Shown: positions 27,824-36,933, counted from the stretch's first letter. The stretch is DNA of 64,000 nt from an uncultured Rhodobacteraceae bacterium (GCA_947493145.1 CANLPZ010000002.1:331364-395363); one strand, 5' to 3'. Numbers and translations are program-made. Notes: a model not told the origin generated them from the sequence alone.

Positions 27824-27952
27824 TGATATTGACGGAGCTTAGGCGCAATGATACTCGTATGTCAATTGAAAATCTTAGCACAAGTTTTTTTGGCAATTGC
27901 CCAAGGGCTTGCGAGTCTCGTAGAGTCTTCTGGGGTCATTAAGGATACGGTT

Positions 27953-28975
27953 ATGCAGCGCGAGATTCGGGAAAAGAAAGCGACTTTGAAAGATGTCTCT
28001 AAGGCGGCGGGATTATCTTTGATCACCGTTTCACGCGCCTTGCGGCAGCCAGATACTGTGCATCCAGATACACGTGCCAAGGTTCAAAAAACCATCGAGG
28101 AAATTGGTTACATTCCGAATCTCGCCGCGCGATCTTTGGTTTCGCAACGATCGGATATGATTGGCGTTGTGGTGCCAATTCTGGCCAGCTCATTGTTCGC
28201 GGATTTCGCAGAGGGCGTTTCAAAAACGCTTGAACCAAATGGTCAGCGGTTATTGCTTGCGGTTAGTAATTGGTCGCCCGAAATCGAAGAAGAAGCAGTC
28301 CGTACATTCATTGCGCGTCAAGCGGATGCAATCATTTTGACGGGGTTCTCGCAAACAGCAACCACGCGCAAATTGCTTGAGCGTTTTCATGGTCCAGTTG
28401 TTCAAACTTGGAATACAAATGAAACTGCGATCGATACTGCGGTCGGTTTCGATAACCGTGCTGCGGCTGCGGACATGACCCGTTATTTAATTGATAAAGG
28501 ATATCAAGAAATTGTTGTTGTCGGGGGCGCGACGTCTAATAACGACCAGTCTGCCGACCGTGTTCAAGGATTTGTGGATGCGATGACTGCCGCTGGTCGC
28601 GACGTGCGCGAAGATTCGATTGTTGAATTTCCGAATCCTGCCACGATCGAATCTGGTGCGCCAATTGTTCAGGAATTGCTGGCACGCGAAACCCCACCAG
28701 ATGCTGTCTTTTTTCTTGCGGAACTTCCCGCGCATGGCGCGATGTTGTGGTGTCATTCACAAGGCATTCGTGTGCCCGAACAACTTGCGATTTCTGGGTT
28801 TGGTGATTTGAGCCTGTCGGCTCTTTTACCGACGCCGATGACAACAGTTAAAATTCCCGGTCGCGAAATTGGGGAACAAGCTGCGCAACAACTGATTAAG
28901 AGGTTGGAGGGGCATCAACCTCCGACAGTGGTGAAAAATGTTGGCTACCAACTGTCCCTACGCGCGAGCGCGTGA
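27953..28975 (+). CDS. LacI family transcriptional regulator
   Basis: Start moved to ATG 27953. HTH is ATLKDVSKAAGLSLITVSRALRQP, followed by a periplasmic-binding-protein-like effector domain. Confidence 0.85.
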   Translation: MQREIREKKATLKDVSKAAGLSLITVSRALRQPDTVHPDTRAKVQKTIEEIGYIPNLAARSLVSQRSDMIGVVVPILASSLFADFAEGVSKTLEPNGQRLLLAVSNWSPEIEEEAVRTFIARQADAIILTGFSQTATTRKLLERFHGPVVQTWNTNETAIDTAVGFDNRAAAADMTRYLIDKGYQEIVVVGGATSNNDQSADRVQGFVDAMTAAGRDVREDSIVEFPNPATIESGAPIVQELLARETPPDAVFFLAELPAHGAMLWCHSQGIRVPEQLAISGFGDLSLSALLPTPMTTVKIPGREIGEQAAQQLIKRLEGHQPPTVVKNVGYQLSLRASA

Positions 28976-29017
28976 AGGTCGAACAAAAAGCGTTCCTAAC
29001 GCCGGAGGTTTATATAA

Positions 29018-30067
29018 ATGATTAAGGTCGCAGTGATCGGTGCGGGGCACTTTGCCTACCGAATGCATATTCCGGTTCTGGCGTCTCGGGATGAAGTGAT
29101 ACTCGATAGTGTTTGCAGGTTAGGTTCGGATGAACTTGAACTGATCAAATCCGAATTTGGATTTCGGTTCGCGACGCAAGATTGGCGTGAAATACTCGAG
29201 CGGGATATTGATATCGCTGTAGTGTCCTCACCGCATGATCTTCATTTTGAACAAGCCAAAGCGTTTTTGGAAAAGGGCTGTCACGTGTTGGTTGAAAAGC
29301 CCATGTGTCTTGATCCAGACCAAGCATGGGAGTTGGTCGAGACCGCAAAGAATGCGGAACGCGAATTGCTGGTGGCATATGGCTGGAATTATAAACCCGG
29401 CCTTGATCAAATGCGCGATATGGTTGGCCGGATTGGTCAAGTTGAACATGTCGTTTGCCACATGGCGTCATTCACGCGTGGAATTTTTTCTGGCAATGGA
29501 ATGACACGATGGCAGCATATTGCCATCCAGCCAGATCGTTCCACATGGGAAGCACCTGATCAGGGCGGTGGATATGCGTATGGGCAATTGTCTCATGCGC
29601 TGGGCATCCTATTCTGGTTGACCGATTTGCGGGCTCAAGAAGTGCGAGGCCTAACCTTTGATGCGCCAAATGGCATCGACCTGCATGATGCTGCGACTGT
29701 GCGGTTTACCAATAATGCCACGGGTGTGTTTTCTGGCAGCTGCGGCGTGCCCGACGGACATGGTTTTGAGGTGGCCATTCGGATTTATGGTACCGAAGGT
29801 TCGGTTCTTTTGGACATAGAGACCGAAGAAATGACGCTGAAATTGCCTGATGGCTATCGAGAGACCGCAAAAATTCCAAAAGGGGCATGGACCTACAGTT
29901 GCGAGGGGCCGGCGCATCGCTTAGTCGATATCGCTCTCGGACAGGGTCGCAACGAAAGTCCTGGGGACGTTGGTGCAAAGGCCGTCGAGGTGCTGCACGC
30001 AATTGTTCAATCAAGCCAAGCAGGCGGTTCAGCACAAAGAATCAATCTGGCCCAAGGTGCCAAATAG
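29018..30067 (+). CDS. Gfo/Idh/MocA family oxidoreductase (candidate sugar 1-dehydrogenase)
   Basis: 349 aa. N-terminal Rossmann motif MIKVAVIGAGHFA and an EKP motif (VLVEKPM). Confidence 0.85.
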   Translation: MIKVAVIGAGHFAYRMHIPVLASRDEVILDSVCRLGSDELELIKSEFGFRFATQDWREILERDIDIAVVSSPHDLHFEQAKAFLEKGCHVLVEKPMCLDPDQAWELVETAKNAERELLVAYGWNYKPGLDQMRDMVGRIGQVEHVVCHMASFTRGIFSGNGMTRWQHIAIQPDRSTWEAPDQGGGYAYGQLSHALGILFWLTDLRAQEVRGLTFDAPNGIDLHDAATVRFTNNATGVFSGSCGVPDGHGFEVAIRIYGTEGSVLLDIETEEMTLKLPDGYRETAKIPKGAWTYSCEGPAHRLVDIALGQGRNESPGDVGAKAVEVLHAIVQSSQAGGSAQRINLAQGAK

Positions 30068-30078
30068 GAGTTAAAATC

Positions 30079-30807
30079 ATGCAAGAAACAGCAATTGTAA
30101 CAGGTGGGGCGCAAGGCATTGGTTTTGCTGTCGCAGAGGCTTTGGTTGCAAAGGGCACAAGAGTTGCCATTTGGGATCGTGACATCGAAATGGCAGAAAA
30201 TTCAGCGAAAGAGCTGGGTGGAAACAGTTTCGCATGTGCCGTTGATGTATCTGATTGGGCAAGTGTCGAAGCTGCGATGGAAAAAACGCTTTCGATTGCG
30301 GGATCTGTGGCCATTCTTGTGAATTCTGCTGGCGTTGCTGGGTCTAATGCGCCGCTTGCGGATTATTCGGTTGAAGAATTCAAAATGATTACCGAAATCA
30401 ATTTGCTTGGGACATTCCATGTTAACAAAGCAGTTGTTCCCACAATGACCGAAGCCAATTACGGGCGGATCGTGAACATTGCATCGGTGGCAGGTAAAGA
30501 AGGCAACCCGAACGCTTCGGCGTATTCTGCATCCAAAGCAGGCGTCATAGGTTTGACCAAGTCACTTGGGAAAGAATTGGCGCATTTGAACATCGCTGTA
30601 AATTGTGTGACCCCTGCCGCGGCTCGGACGCGCATTTTCGACCAAATGCAGCAAGAACATATTGATTATATGCTGTCCAAAATTCCACGCGGTCGCTTCT
30701 TGGAGCTGAACGAAGCAGGGGCCATGATTTCGTGGCTTTGCTCATCAGAAAACAGTTTCACAACGGGTGCTGTGTTTGACCTATCTGGCGGGCGTGCAAC
30801 CTACTAA
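30079..30807 (+). CDS. short-chain dehydrogenase/reductase (SDR)
   Basis: Start moved to ATG 30079 (MQETAIVTGGAQGIG). Catalytic YSASKAG. The ORF-track extension to 29887 overlaps the previous gene. Confidence 0.85.
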   Translation: MQETAIVTGGAQGIGFAVAEALVAKGTRVAIWDRDIEMAENSAKELGGNSFACAVDVSDWASVEAAMEKTLSIAGSVAILVNSAGVAGSNAPLADYSVEEFKMITEINLLGTFHVNKAVVPTMTEANYGRIVNIASVAGKEGNPNASAYSASKAGVIGLTKSLGKELAHLNIAVNCVTPAAARTRIFDQMQQEHIDYMLSKIPRGRFLELNEAGAMISWLCSSENSFTTGAVFDLSGGRATY

Positions 30808-30843
30808 GACACAACAGCCGAATTGGCACAAGGAAGCGGCGTG

Positions 30844-31779
30844 ATGGTTCAAGAATTTGAAGGCCTGCCGGTAATTGATGGGCATCACCACCTTTGGGAT
30901 CTGTCGCGTTTCCCATACCGGTGGCTTTCGCCGGATGCACCACCGGCGCGGTTTGGGTCTAAGGCAGAAATTGCAAAAGATTATGATTTGGCCACGCACC
31001 GGCAGGCGTTTCAAGGGCCAAATTTATTGGGCAGCGTGCATGTGCAAGCCAATTGCGGGGCGCAAGACCCTGCATCCGAAACGCGATGGTTGCAGGCGCT
31101 TTCGGACCAATCTGGGTGGCCTTTGGCGATTGTTGGACAAATTGATTTTCTGGATGCGGATTGGTTGGAAACCGTTGATCGACATCGGGCTTACCCATCT
31201 TTGCGCGGTCTAAGAGCACCGGTTGCTTGGGACAGGGCAGGACGTTGGCACGTTGCGTCGCAAGCAGGCGTCTTGTCCGATCCTCGGTTTTTGAAAGGCG
31301 CAGCCTATTTGGCGCGGCATGGATTGCTACTTGAAATGGTTGTGGTCCCAGAGCAGTTAGAGGATCTTGTGGCCTTCGCGGAAACCTTCCCCGAACTGTC
31401 CATAGTGGTGAATCATTTTTGTACACTTGAGCCAGCTCAAGAGGGGCAGGTTGATCTCTGGTTGATGGGGATCAAAGCCTTGGCCAAATGTTCAAACGTC
31501 AGCGTAAAATTGTCAGGTCTCTGGACGGTTGATACGTCATGGGATGCCGAGATATTGCGCCCCTTTGTGAACCATTTGATTGACCATCTTGGGGCTGATC
31601 GGGTGCTTTATGGATCTAATGCGCCCGTTGAAAGTGTGAATTGTGGTGTGGCGCAGCAATTCAAGCAGCTCGCAAGAATTCTTGAGGACCGCTCTCAGTC
31701 AGAACGTGAAAGTATTTTCTATTCGACGGCGTATCGATTGTATGGGTTTGATGCCCTCGGGATCAGCACGACGCGGTAA
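30844..31779 (+). CDS. amidohydrolase-2 family protein (candidate sugar lactonase, L-fucono/rhamnono-lactonase type)
   Basis: The VIDGHHHLWDLSRFPYRWL N-terminus is typical of the COG3618 amidohydrolase lactonases. Start is ATG 30844 (ATG 30823, the ORF-track start, is also possible). Confidence 0.7.
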   Translation: MVQEFEGLPVIDGHHHLWDLSRFPYRWLSPDAPPARFGSKAEIAKDYDLATHRQAFQGPNLLGSVHVQANCGAQDPASETRWLQALSDQSGWPLAIVGQIDFLDADWLETVDRHRAYPSLRGLRAPVAWDRAGRWHVASQAGVLSDPRFLKGAAYLARHGLLLEMVVVPEQLEDLVAFAETFPELSIVVNHFCTLEPAQEGQVDLWLMGIKALAKCSNVSVKLSGLWTVDTSWDAEILRPFVNHLIDHLGADRVLYGSNAPVESVNCGVAQQFKQLARILEDRSQSERESIFYSTAYRLYGFDALGISTTR

Positions 31780-31900
31780 GATTTCACGTCGCAGCGGTTG
31801 CAGCGGGGAGGACAAGGCGCGCCGCTTTTGCGTGCGGACCCGCTGAACCGTGCGGTCAGGGCATAAACGTCGTTAATGCCCCGACCAAAACCATGATTGG

Positions 31901-32725
31901 TTATTTCAGATCGCTGACTGGAACCATGTCCATATCGGTAAAGCTGACGTTGTCGCCTGCCATCACCCAGCAGAAAGTGTAAGAACCGGTGCCTGCACCA
32001 GAGTGGATCGACCACGGCGGTGACACCGCGATTTCTTCGTTGCGAACCACAAGGTGACGTGTCTCATCAGGTTGCCCCATGAAATGGAAAACACACTGTT
32101 CATCGGCCACATCAAAGTAGAGGTAGGCTTCCATACGGCGATCATGCAGGTGTGCCGGCATGGTGTTCCAAACAGAACCGTCGTGCAACTGGGTGTAGCC
32201 CATAAGCAACTGACAGCTTTTGACGCCTTCTGGGTGGATTGATTTGCAGATAGAGCGGTAGTTGGAGGTTTCAGTTGACCCCAATGTGACGCGCTCTGCA
32301 TCTTCTGGACGGATCAGAACAGAAGGGTGCTGTTCGTGAGCAGGGGCAGAGGCAATGTAGAAGCGACCTTCGCCAGCAAAAGTGATAGCGCCTGCGCCTT
32401 TGCCCAAGTACATCATGTCGCCCTTGTTCATGGTCCAGGTTTCACCGCCAGCAGAAACAGTGCCTGTTCCGCCTACGTTTAGAATGCCCACTTCGCGGCG
32501 ATCTAGGAAGCTGTCGGTTCCAGTCTCTTCAACAGCGTCCAGAACCAATGGCTCTTTGCCTGGAACTGCGCCGCCGACGATCAGGCGGTCATAGTGTGTG
32601 TAAGTCAGGCGAATTTCGCCTTCTACGAACGAACTTTCTACCAGAAACTTATTGCGCAATTCGGTAGTATCGTAGCCTTTTGCGGTTTCTGGATCGACAG
32701 AATAAAGTGTTTTTACGGTCAGCAT
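31901..32725 (-). CDS. kduI: 5-dehydro-4-deoxy-D-glucuronate isomerase (second paralog)
   Basis: Start moved to ATG 32725 (MLTVKTLYSV). 274 aa, colinear with 13091-13915 at roughly 60% identity by eye, with the same conserved blocks. Confidence 0.9.
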   Translation of the reverse strand: MLTVKTLYSVDPETAKGYDTTELRNKFLVESSFVEGEIRLTYTHYDRLIVGGAVPGKEPLVLDAVEETGTDSFLDRREVGILNVGGTGTVSAGGETWTMNKGDMMYLGKGAGAITFAGEGRFYIASAPAHEQHPSVLIRPEDAERVTLGSTETSNYRSICKSIHPEGVKSCQLLMGYTQLHDGSVWNTMPAHLHDRRMEAYLYFDVADEQCVFHFMGQPDETRHLVVRNEEIAVSPPWSIHSGAGTGSYTFCWVMAGDNVSFTDMDMVPVSDLK

Positions 32726-32735
32726 TTTGGGCCTC

Positions 32736-33059
32736 TTATAGGAAATCGTCGCGGCGTGGAGTGAAGCAGTCAATCAAAAGACCAGCTTCAATGCATTTGC
32801 ATCCGTGCACAGTGTTCGATGGGATGATAAAGCTATCGCCCGCGGAAATGCGTTGCGTTTTTCCATCCATTTCGAAATCAAAAACGCCGGATTGAACATA
32901 TGTCGATTGTGTATGGGGGTGGTTATGAAGTGACCCAACACCGCCCTTTTCAAATTTAAATTCCACAACCATCAATTCTTGATTCTCGGCGCGAACACGG
33001 CGCTGCACGCCACCGCCAGCATCTACCCAGTCATGGTTTTGTGTGTTGTTATCACTCAT
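32736..33059 (-). CDS. kdgF: cupin-domain protein, KdgF-like (unsaturated uronate linearising enzyme)
   Basis: 107 aa single cupin (GSLHNHPHTQSTYVQSG...IPSNTVHG). C-terminal LIDCFTPRRDDFL resembles enterobacterial KdgF. Lies 10 nt upstream of kduI. Confidence 0.65.
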   Translation of the reverse strand: MSDNNTQNHDWVDAGGGVQRRVRAENQELMVVEFKFEKGGVGSLHNHPHTQSTYVQSGVFDFEMDGKTQRISAGDSFIIPSNTVHGCKCIEAGLLIDCFTPRRDDFL

Positions 33060-33148
33060 TTTTATCTCACTGTTTGGTGGCGGTCATTTTAGCCGCCAGA
33101 TTTTCGTTGACTAATGATATTTTATTGAGATATTAGTTTTTGAACTGA

Positions 33149-33162
33149 TATGTCAATTGAAA
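33149..33162. promoter_or_regulatory. TATGTCAATTGAAA motif (contains the palindrome TCAATTGA and TTGACA on the minus strand); candidate promoter -35 or shared operator
   Basis: This 14-mer is identical to 27858-27871 in the SBP/lacI control region. Here it sits in the kdgF/gntR divergent region. Confidence 0.35.
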
Positions 33163-33169
33163 GTTTGGA

Positions 33170-33880
33170 ATGTCTATTACGCCAACTGATATGCACAACC
33201 GGAAATCTTCGATACCTGTAAGCCAACAGGTTTATGAAGAGATTCGTGAGCGCATTATCTCACTGGTAATGCGTCCAGGCGAGCGGGTGACGGAGAAAGA
33301 CATTGCGGCGCAGATTGGGGTGTCCAAGACGCCCGTGCGCGAAGCCTTTATTCGGTTGTCCGATGAGGGATTGATGGAAATCCGACCGCAAAGCGGAAGC
33401 TATGTTGCTGCGATCAGTTTTGACAAAGTTTATGAAAGTCTCATGTTGCGTCGCGCCATCGAAATGGCGGTAGCGGCGCAAGCGGCAGAGCAGCGTTCAT
33501 CACTTGATCTGGTCAGGTTGCAGGACCTGATCGAGGAGCAAGTCGTTGTTTCCGAGGAGGGAGACAAAACTCGGTTCTTTGAGTTGGATGGCGAATTTCA
33601 CTTGGCACTTGCTGAGATCGCAAAAATGCCTTCCGCAGTGCGCATGATCCGTATGGTGCGCGGCACAGTTGACCGGGTTCAGCGACTAAGAATTTCACGC
33701 GGTGAGACGCGTCACGACCGTGTGATCGATGCTCACCGCAAAATCGTTTCGGCAATCGAAATCCGTGATCCACGTGAAGCATCTGCTGCGATGGATCAGC
33801 ACCTAAACTGTGTTCAGCTCTTTGAACAAATAATCCGGAGTCCCGAAATTCGCGAACTTACGTCGCTTGGTGCGTCGTAG
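33170..33880 (+). CDS. GntR family (FCD-type) transcriptional regulator
   Basis: 236 aa. HTH is VTEKDIAAQIGVSKTPVREAFIRLSDEGLM, followed by an FCD-like C-terminus. Confidence 0.85.
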   Translation: MSITPTDMHNRKSSIPVSQQVYEEIRERIISLVMRPGERVTEKDIAAQIGVSKTPVREAFIRLSDEGLMEIRPQSGSYVAAISFDKVYESLMLRRAIEMAVAAQAAEQRSSLDLVRLQDLIEEQVVVSEEGDKTRFFELDGEFHLALAEIAKMPSAVRMIRMVRGTVDRVQRLRISRGETRHDRVIDAHRKIVSAIEIRDPREASAAMDQHLNCVQLFEQIIRSPEIRELTSLGAS

Positions 33881-33905
33881 TTTCGGGAGTGTGGGGGGAG
33901 AAAAT

Positions 33906-35009
33906 ATGACAAATGTGAAACTAGAAAAAGTGGTTAAGCGCTACGGGGCTGTTGAAGTGGTCCATGGTGTCGACCTTGAGGTGCAGGCGGGTGAGTTCGT
34001 CGTGCTGGTCGGGCCATCGGGATGCGGTAAGTCCACAATCTTACGCATGATCGCAGGGCTGGAAGAAATCTCGGGTGGGCAGGTTTCAATTGGGGATCGT
34101 GTGGTAAACCGTGTGGCTCCTAAAGATCGTGATGTTGCGATGGTTTTTCAGAACTACGCGCTTTATCCTCACCTTTCCGTCGAACAAAACATTGGGTTTG
34201 GTCTGAAGCTTCGTGGCTTTGACAAAGATGCGCGCCAAGAGTTGGTGCATGAAGCGAGCGACATCTTGGGGTTGACCGATTATTTGGATCGTCGCCCAGC
34301 GGATTTGTCTGGTGGTCAGCGTCAGCGGGTTGCAATGGGCCGCGCAATCGTGCGTGATCCTGCTGTTTTCTTGTTTGATGAACCACTGTCAAACTTGGAT
34401 GCAAAGTTGCGCAACAAGATGCGTGCAGAAATTAAACGCTTGCACAGCCGTTTGGGCACAACTTCAATTTACGTGACGCACGATCAGGTCGAAGCGATGA
34501 CGCTTGCTGATCGGATTGCTATTCTGCGTGATGGTGAAGTCGAACAGGTTGGCACGCCGATTGAAATTTTCTCTAATCCGGCAAATGCCTTTGTGGCCGG
34601 TTTCATGGGCTCACCGCCGATGAACATTCTACCTGCTCAGGTTTCAGGTGATAAAAAAGCTGCGCAATTGGTTCTGGATTCAGAAACCAGTATCGATCTG
34701 CCTGGCCTTGCGGATGTCGCCGCGCAGCATGTTAATGTTCAAATGGGCTTGCGTCCTGAAATCATTCAACTTGTGGCTCCTGGCGACAAAGAAAAACCTC
34801 GCGCCTTTGTTGAGGTGGACTTGGTGGAGCCATTGGGAATGGAAAGCTTGGTTCACGCAAAACTTTGCGGACATGAGATTGTTATTAAAGCCCCTGGTGT
34901 TGTTACGCTTGAAGCAGGCTCAAAAGTCGGCGTGACCTTTGCAGATGAAGATTGCCATCTGTTTGATGGTGACAAAGGCAAGCGTCTTGAGCTGATGGTG
35001 ACCTCATGA
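33906..35009 (+). CDS. CUT1-type sugar ABC transporter ATP-binding protein (MalK/UgpC-like)
   Basis: Start moved to ATG 33906, after GGGGGGAG. Walker [10 protein letters not shown] and signature [10 protein letters not shown]. Confidence 0.9.
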   Translation: MTNVKLEKVVKRYGAVEVVHGVDLEVQAGEFVVLVGPSGCGKSTILRMIAGLEEISGGQVSIGDRVVNRVAPKDRDVAMVFQNYALYPHLSVEQNIGFGLKLRGFDKDARQELVHEASDILGLTDYLDRRPADLSGGQRQRVAMGRAIVRDPAVFLFDEPLSNLDAKLRNKMRAEIKRLHSRLGTTSIYVTHDQVEAMTLADRIAILRDGEVEQVGTPIEIFSNPANAFVAGFMGSPPMNILPAQVSGDKKAAQLVLDSETSIDLPGLADVAAQHVNVQMGLRPEIIQLVAPGDKEKPRAFVEVDLVEPLGMESLVHAKLCGHEIVIKAPGVVTLEAGSKVGVTFADEDCHLFDGDKGKRLELMVTS

Positions 35010-35977
35010 GCGCGGTCAACCATACAAAGCGACATACAACGTCTGAATTCGATTTACCTGAACTGAGTGTTCAGGAAAAAATCATCGATAGCTTTAAGCG
35101 CAACTGGCAAATCTACCTGATGCTGGCGCCGATGGTGGTTTACTTCCTCGTGTTCGCCTATCGACCAATGTTGGGTCTTGTGATTGCCTTCAAAGACTTC
35201 TCTTTGTTCAAGGGAATCTGGGGCAGCCCATGGGTTGGGTTGGAACATTTCCATACGTTGTTCGAAGACCCGTTCTTTTGGCGTGCGGTTAAAAACACAG
35301 TCATTATTTCCGGTTTCAGTTTGCTGTTTGCATTCCCCGCGCCGATTATTTTGGCATTAATGTTCAATGAAATCCGCCATCAGGGTTTCAAGCGTTTGGC
35401 GCAAACAATTGCTTATCTGCCTCACTTTATTTCGATTGTGATTGTGGCCGGTATCGTTGTGAACTTTTTCGCACCCTCGGGGATTGTGAACATTATTTTG
35501 ACAAAGTTGGGCATGGCCGAACCGACGTACTTCTTGACCAAGCCGGAATGGTTCCGCTCGATCTTTATCGGGTCCAACATATGGAAGGAAGCTGGGTTTG
35601 AATCCATCATTTATTTGGCGGCAATTACCGGTGTAAGCCCGTCATTGTACGAAAGTGCCAAAGTGGATGGGGCCACCCGTTTTCAGATGATGTATCTGAT
35701 CACTTTGCCCTGCATCTTGCCGACGATCTTGATCATGTTGATCATTCGTATCGGTAACCTGCTGGAAGTTAGCTTTGAATATGTGATCCTGCTGTACCAG
35801 CCAGCGACGTATGAAACCGCGGATGTGATCACGACATGGATCTATCGTCAGGGTCTGCAAAACAGCAACTATGATGTTGCGACCGCAGCCGGTGTATTCA
35901 ACGCTGTTGTTGCTTTCGCCTTGGTGATCACCGCCAACCAAATTTCCAAACGTCTTTCTAAGACTTCGCTTTGGTAA
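35006..35977 (+). CDS. oligosaccharide ABC transporter permease (LplB/YesP-like)
   Basis: 323 aa. ATGA overlap with the ATPase gene. Sequence (WQIYLMLAPMVVYFLVFAYRPMLGLVIAFKDF...) is typical of LplB-type permeases. EAA loop ESAKVDGATRFQMM. Confidence 0.85.
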   Translation: MSAVNHTKRHTTSEFDLPELSVQEKIIDSFKRNWQIYLMLAPMVVYFLVFAYRPMLGLVIAFKDFSLFKGIWGSPWVGLEHFHTLFEDPFFWRAVKNTVIISGFSLLFAFPAPIILALMFNEIRHQGFKRLAQTIAYLPHFISIVIVAGIVVNFFAPSGIVNIILTKLGMAEPTYFLTKPEWFRSIFIGSNIWKEAGFESIIYLAAITGVSPSLYESAKVDGATRFQMMYLITLPCILPTILIMLIIRIGNLLEVSFEYVILLYQPATYETADVITTWIYRQGLQNSNYDVATAAGVFNAVVAFALVITANQISKRLSKTSLW

Positions 35978-35987
35978 GGACCTGATT

Positions 35988-36872
35988 ATGCGTACTTCTA
36001 TCGATCTTTACAGCAACGGCGATAAGGTTTTTGGCTGGGCTGTCACAATCCTGCTAGGGCTCTTTGTGGCCTCGACGCTGTACCCTTTTGTTTACGTTCT
36101 AGCGACGTCAATCTCTTCGGGTGCGGCAGTTGCCAGAGGCGACGTGATCCTAACGCCAAAAGAAATCACCTTTGACGCCTTTACCTATGTCATGGCTGAT
36201 AAACAGTTCTGGATCGCCTACGGGAACACGTTCTTCTATACGATTGTCGGGACACTCACATCTTTGGCCGTGATCATTCCTGGGGCCTATGCTCTTAGCC
36301 GTCCACAGCTGCCGTTCCGGTCTAGTTTCAACTTGTTCGTGGCGTTTACCCTGTGGTTCCAAGCAGGCATGATCCCGGTTTTCTTGAACATCCGTGATCT
36401 TGGTTTGTTGGACACAAGAACCGCGATCATTGTGGCCTTCGCCGTCAACGCGTTTAACGCGATCCTGATGCGCAACTTCTTTGAAAACGTTCCGCGTTCA
36501 TTCGAAGAGGCGGCTCGTATGGACGGGGCAAATGATTTCCAAATTCTGTGGCGTGTTTACGTGCCATTGTCCAAACCTGCGATCATCACGGTTGCTTTGT
36601 TCTGCGCAGTGCTTCGGTGGAACGGTTACTTCTGGGCCATGGTTATTTTGCGCGACCAAGACAAGCTACCGCTTCAGGTTTACCTGAAAGAGATCATCGT
36701 TGAACTTAACATGAGCGATGAGTTTGCAACGGATCTTTTGTCGGCGAGCTATTCCTTTGAAACCACGATTGCAGCCATCATCGTGCTGTCGATCATTCCA
36801 GTTATTATCGTCTACCCATACATCCAAAAGTACTTCCAGAAGGGTGTGATGCTTGGCGGTGTGAAAGAATAA
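35988..36872 (+). CDS. oligosaccharide ABC transporter permease (LplC/YesQ-like)
   Basis: 294 aa with six hydrophobic spans and an EAA loop EAARMDGANDFQILWRVYVP. Confidence 0.85.
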   Translation: MRTSIDLYSNGDKVFGWAVTILLGLFVASTLYPFVYVLATSISSGAAVARGDVILTPKEITFDAFTYVMADKQFWIAYGNTFFYTIVGTLTSLAVIIPGAYALSRPQLPFRSSFNLFVAFTLWFQAGMIPVFLNIRDLGLLDTRTAIIVAFAVNAFNAILMRNFFENVPRSFEEAARMDGANDFQILWRVYVPLSKPAIITVALFCAVLRWNGYFWAMVILRDQDKLPLQVYLKEIIVELNMSDEFATDLLSASYSFETTIAAIIVLSIIPVIIVYPYIQKYFQKGVMLGGVKE

Positions 36873-36933
36873 GAGCGGGCGGAGAAACCGCGTCAAACAA
36901 TCAGTAAACTAAATATCCAGGGAGGATAAATTA

